Positions 59,376-64,000 of a stretch of 64,000 nucleotides of DNA are shown piece by piece (position 1 is the stretch's first letter; each line of letters opens with the position of its first letter). The translations under genes were made by a program, and so were the position numbers. The stretch is from contig OZ024741.1 in NCBI GenBank assembly GCA_964016885.1, positions 201,190,001 to 201,254,000 on the forward strand, in the 5' to 3' direction. The stretch is from Eledone cirrhosa. Its lineage: Eukaryota. The notes under the pieces are model-generated. The model worked only from the letters and a program-made list of their open reading frames with translations, was not told the DNA's origin and did not search any database.

Positions 59376-60056
59376 TAAACTATATATATATGTGTTTGTC
59401 TATATTGTATCTGTATTATTTTATTTTTGACCACCGGTCAGTCAATGGCAACATTGAGGACCGAGTAAGTTAGATCGCAGATATATATATATAAAAGACA
59501 GCGAGAAGCGAAAACCAACCAAACAGTGAGTGTGTTCTGTTATTAATTCTGGCAATATTACGCAAATATGACCCTCCCCATATATATATATATATATATA
59601 TTTACATATATATATATATGTATAGGGGAACAAAGAATCAGTGTTGCATCATAAACATATTTAATTACATAAAACATATGTTTCACTGCCGATCGCCTCG
59701 AGAAACGATCGATTAATGTTCGATCCTGGCACTGGAATCGGGAGCTCCTCAGATATGTGTTTACATGTAGACACGCGTCTAAGAGCGCATCGAGTGCTCA
59801 TCTTGGCATACCACCTACGGATGCAATTAATTTGCACCTCTGATACCTTTCCGAGAGATGACAACATGAATTTTTCTCAACCTGTTATTTTTCTCTAAAA
59901 ACATTTTGTTCCAATCCCACGGCGCTTATCCCTTCAATCTATCTCATTTCAAATTCATTCTTCTGATGACGAAACGTTAACACCCTCTTCCTGCTATTTC
60001 AAGCGTTAACCTAATATATTCCTTCCATATACTGTACTGATTGTGTTGTTTCTGTT

Positions 60057-60097
<41 letters not shown>

Positions 60098-60124
60098 TCT
60101 GTGATTGTGTGTGTGTGTGTGTGA

Positions 60125-60178
<54 letters not shown>

Positions 60179-60465
60179 CCGAACATACTCGAATTAACTT
60201 ATCTTTCTTTGAATTATTCTCATCTCTCATGGTGCTAACAACTTCGAAAATAGTCCACTGATCTTTTAATTCGCTTCTTTATCAAACTTTGTAGAAACGT
60301 TAAGAGAAATGAAATATATTTCAGGTTTTAATAAATCAAGACTTTAAGAGAAAGAAAAAATGTCGAAGTGATGTTTACGTAAATAGCAAACCATATGTTT
60401 ACTGTGGTGTTTGTTTAAAGAGTTTTCAGAAAAATTGCAGCACTCACAGCTATATAGATATCTAC

Positions 60466-60519
<54 letters not shown>

Positions 60520-60750
60520 AATACACACTCGTAAAGACTGCAACATATAAACAAGTATGGGTGTAACTCAACAAATTGGAGCGCATACACACATACACTG
60601 AGATGATGGACCTAAGTGCATGCATGTACGCACATATGTAAATATATACATTCAAATATGATATGTAAATGCAACTAGTAACAGAAAATATCTATATGAG
60701 TGTGTATGCTTGTATGTATATACGTGTATATGATATGGACATAATATATA

Positions 60751-60816
<66 letters not shown>

Positions 60817-61733
60817 ACTATTTTCATTTGTAAGATTAGTATAAATTAAGCCCATCTCTCCTTTTACCCTTCGTTCTTCGGGAACGAATACTTATAGTAG
60901 CAGAGCATTTATAATTCAAAATTCAACTATGTTTATAAGTACATTCTATTGCTATGTAATTCTTGCCTTCCTTTTTTATGTTAAACAAATTATTGCTTTC
61001 TCTACTTCCGGAAGAGATACGACCTGAAGGAAAGCGACTATATGGAGCTAAGTAACTGGAAATTTTTCGGTTTTCTCCATTATTGATATATAATATCGAG
61101 CTGTATTGAAACGACCGTAGATGTGTGAATGAACAATAATTTTGATCTTTAGTCTTATTGAATTTTAAATTATATATACTTCATATATATATATATGTGT
61201 GTGTGGGTGTGTGTGTTTGGACATATATATTCTTATGATCTTCTCTATACATAATTGTACATAGTTATCGATCTGAATACGTTGTAAGAAAAAGGATGTA
61301 AACAGAATTTACTCCAGTTTACGAATAATTAATTGTATTTTCTCACTTTTAACAAGTCTTTCGGTCTCATGGTGTGTGTGTGTGTGTCTGTGTCTGTGTA
61401 TGTGTGTGTTAAAGGGCATCATATTTAGTTTAACATACATACATAATGTTATATACCGATTTATTCGAAGAGTATCCACATTTTTTCGATAATGTCTTCG
61501 GAATTCCGAAATCTGCAGTTTATTCCAACCTCAAGGCATCCTCATCTTAAGTAGTTACTTGTGGTTGTGCTTGCTTGTTCCGGTTGAACTCGAGTAAATA
61601 TAGATATACACTAACCTAGTGAACAGAATAACGGTACATTACCACAATAAGTATTGTTGTTGGTTAAGTGTTAATTGAGTTAGTCAATCCGCTAAACACG
61701 AGTTCAATCCCTGGTTTAGTGTGTATATATTTT

Positions 61734-61873
61734 AAAAAAAATAATAAACAACCTTCGGCCTCCAGGACTCATGGTAGATTTTTGAGACTTATTTTAGGAA
61801 AAAAGTAGCGTCTTCTAAGTCTCAAAAATCTACCATGAGTCCTGGAGGCCGAAGGTTGTTTATTATTTTTTTT
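61734..61873. repeat. Perfect inverted repeat with ~58-bp arms and 24-bp spacer
   Basis: 61734-61791 is the reverse complement of 61816-61873. Confidence 0.9.
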
Positions 61874-61969
61874 TTCAAATTTTTGGTTGTCAAAATTAGG
61901 GTGCGTCCTCGAGGACAAAACGTCTGGAAATACGGTATATATGTAGTCTTCACATTTATTATTATTACT

Positions 61970-62152
61970 ACGGATTGGCAGTATCGGTGGAGGGTCGGAC
62001 GCCATGCTTTCCAGCATAGTTACGTCCCTTTACGATCTGAGTTCATATCCCGCCGAGGTTGACTTTGCCTTTCATCCTTACGGGGTCGATAAAATAAAGT
62101 ACCAGTAATGCACTGGGTAATTGCTGGCCTTGTGCCTAAAGTAGAAACAATT
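61970..62152 (+). mobile_element. Abundant tRNA-derived SINE
   Basis: GAGTTCATATCCCGCCGAGGTTGACTTTGCCTTTCATCCTTACGGGGTCGATAAAATAAAGTACCAG. Confidence 0.8.
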
Positions 62153-62290
62153 ATTACTACTATATATATATATGTACTGTTATACTTTGGGAGGGTCATG
62201 TTGCCAATAAGAAACACACGCACCAGTTGTTTTACTCCAATTTATTATAAATTGTTTATTAAATTAAATTTATAAATTTAAGAATTTATG

Positions 62291-62330
<40 letters not shown>

Positions 62331-64000
62331 AAGTATGGACTGAGTCCAGAAATAGCCGTCGAAACGGCTTGAGCCCTGCCGTCGGGGTCATACTTTTTCC
62401 TATTTCCCACTCTACTACCCTAAGTATTGAGTACTCTGGTGCGTTATGGTCCATCTGGTTCCTTACCACAATTCCTTATGCTCTAGTTTGCAAAACAGGC
62501 AAGTGGTGTCAGACAGAAAGAAATTGTGAGATAGAAAAAATATATATATTAACAGGATCTGGAAAGCAACTGTAGCTTCAAATAAAAACTATAAACTACA
62601 ATGGAAACAATAAAAACAATTTCTATAAGATTTAATACAATAAAAAAAAACTATAGAATTCAACAATAACAAATTCTACTCGATTCTATAGGCAAATTCA
62701 AGTTTATTTTCCACTCATGGGAAAAGGAGCAGCCATATTTTTGATAGCTCTCATTCTCTTGCAGAATACATTTGAATAAGACTTAGTTATGAATAGAGAG
62801 AGAAAGAAAAGTAACGAAGAAGTGGAATTTACGGAATGTAGAAGTAGGAAAAGTAATATAATAAAAAAAAAAGAGGAAAAAAGAAGGAAGAAGAAACGTA
62901 AATAAAGAAAAGGAATTTGTGAAAAGAGGGGACAAATATATATACAATACAGGGAGAACAGATGATCAATGTTATAATGAATATATGTAACTCAGTAGAA
63001 ATATGCAGCAGATTCAGCAAACAGATTGAATTCTTTTACCAGTGGTATGAAAAAGACAAGAAGAGGAGAGGCTTATGACTTATTAATATGTTTCAATATT
63101 CTGCGAAATACTTTTGGAAAACGCTTACCTACAAGAGAACCGTCATCAAAATAATTTTATCCTAAGAATTGATTTTCTACTTGCTAGAATTTTATGGAGG
63201 AATTTCTTTGATGAAATTCTTCGATCATTTTGAAAGTTAGAAATTTTACAAGTATCTTCCCTAAACATAATATTGCAGTTAGCGATCAAAAATTAAGATA
63301 AAAAACAATTTTTTAAACATTGGTATACAGAGAGTCTACAAGCAATACTCTCCCAAAAGTGAAAAAAATATCAAAGCGTAAGTTAGCGTCTCAAGAATGG
63401 ACTGATATTTGTGGTACTAAATTTAGGCTGTTACTCCTGGTGTGGTTATAATGGCGCCGTTGCGCCAGCCACTTTAAGCCTGGCAGACACCCCCTTCCCC
63501 ATGTGTGAACACAGTCCATTTCTTTCTGAGAATGAGGCAGAATGATAGAGAGGGAACGGGAAAGAGATATAGAGGAAGAATCGACCTTAATATTGGACTG
63601 GTACTTTTTCTTGACCTTGGAAGGTTGAAAGCAAAGTTGACTGCGGTGGGATTGAAACTCAAAGTGTAGAGAGTCCGAATGAATACCGCCCAGCATTTTA
63701 TCTTACGTTCTAACGCCGCCTCCCTAAAATACATCAAACAATTATAATTACAACAAGCTTCATCGCCATTGATAGAAATACTAATATTCTAAGAAAAGTA
63801 CTTTCATGAAACCTGGTAGAAAAACAGATATACTTTCAGTTTTAGCTTGTAAAAACCTTCATTATGTATATATACAAGAACGAAGGTAAGAAAGCGACGT
63901 TAGAACGAGAGAAATAGGAAGATGTTTACGTGTGTGTGTCTGAGTATTACCTTACAGTTCTATAGAAATGCGACTTTTTACATGTATGTATAATAATAGT

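Larger units (their letters stand above)
58453..59580 (+). mobile_element. Penelope-like element 3' part (GIY-YIG ORF plus pseudo-LTR), second family
   Basis: ORF 58529-59083 followed by a 3' region also present at 50528-51177 and 56197-56934. Ends at GACCCTCCCCA joined to (TA)n. Confidence 0.88.

Overview
AT-rich eukaryotic intergenic or intronic DNA dominated by (TA)n, (TACA)n, (TG)n and (GA)n microsatellites and transposable-element debris. The SINE, Penelope and RTE content resembles a cephalopod (Octopus-like) genome; this is an inference. I found no convincing host protein-coding exon. Recognisable elements include Penelope-like elements (RT plus GIY-YIG, with inverted pseudo-LTRs), RTE-type LINE fragments, an R4/Dong-like element sitting in (TACA)n, a CRE-like fragment, tRNA-derived SINEs, a ~600-bp non-autonomous family and a complete non-autonomous Helitron. 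The standout is a 3.7-kb array at 38467-42156 of apparently identical 310-bp units, arranged as two divergent arms of about 5.6 and 6.3 units. Each unit carries an intact minimal type I hammerhead ribozyme, 12 copies in total. This fits a retrozyme-type locus predicted to yield 310-nt self-cleaved or circular RNAs, probably mobilised by Penelope-like elements. Several other hammerhead motifs occur in the window, including U3:A8 compensatory variants.
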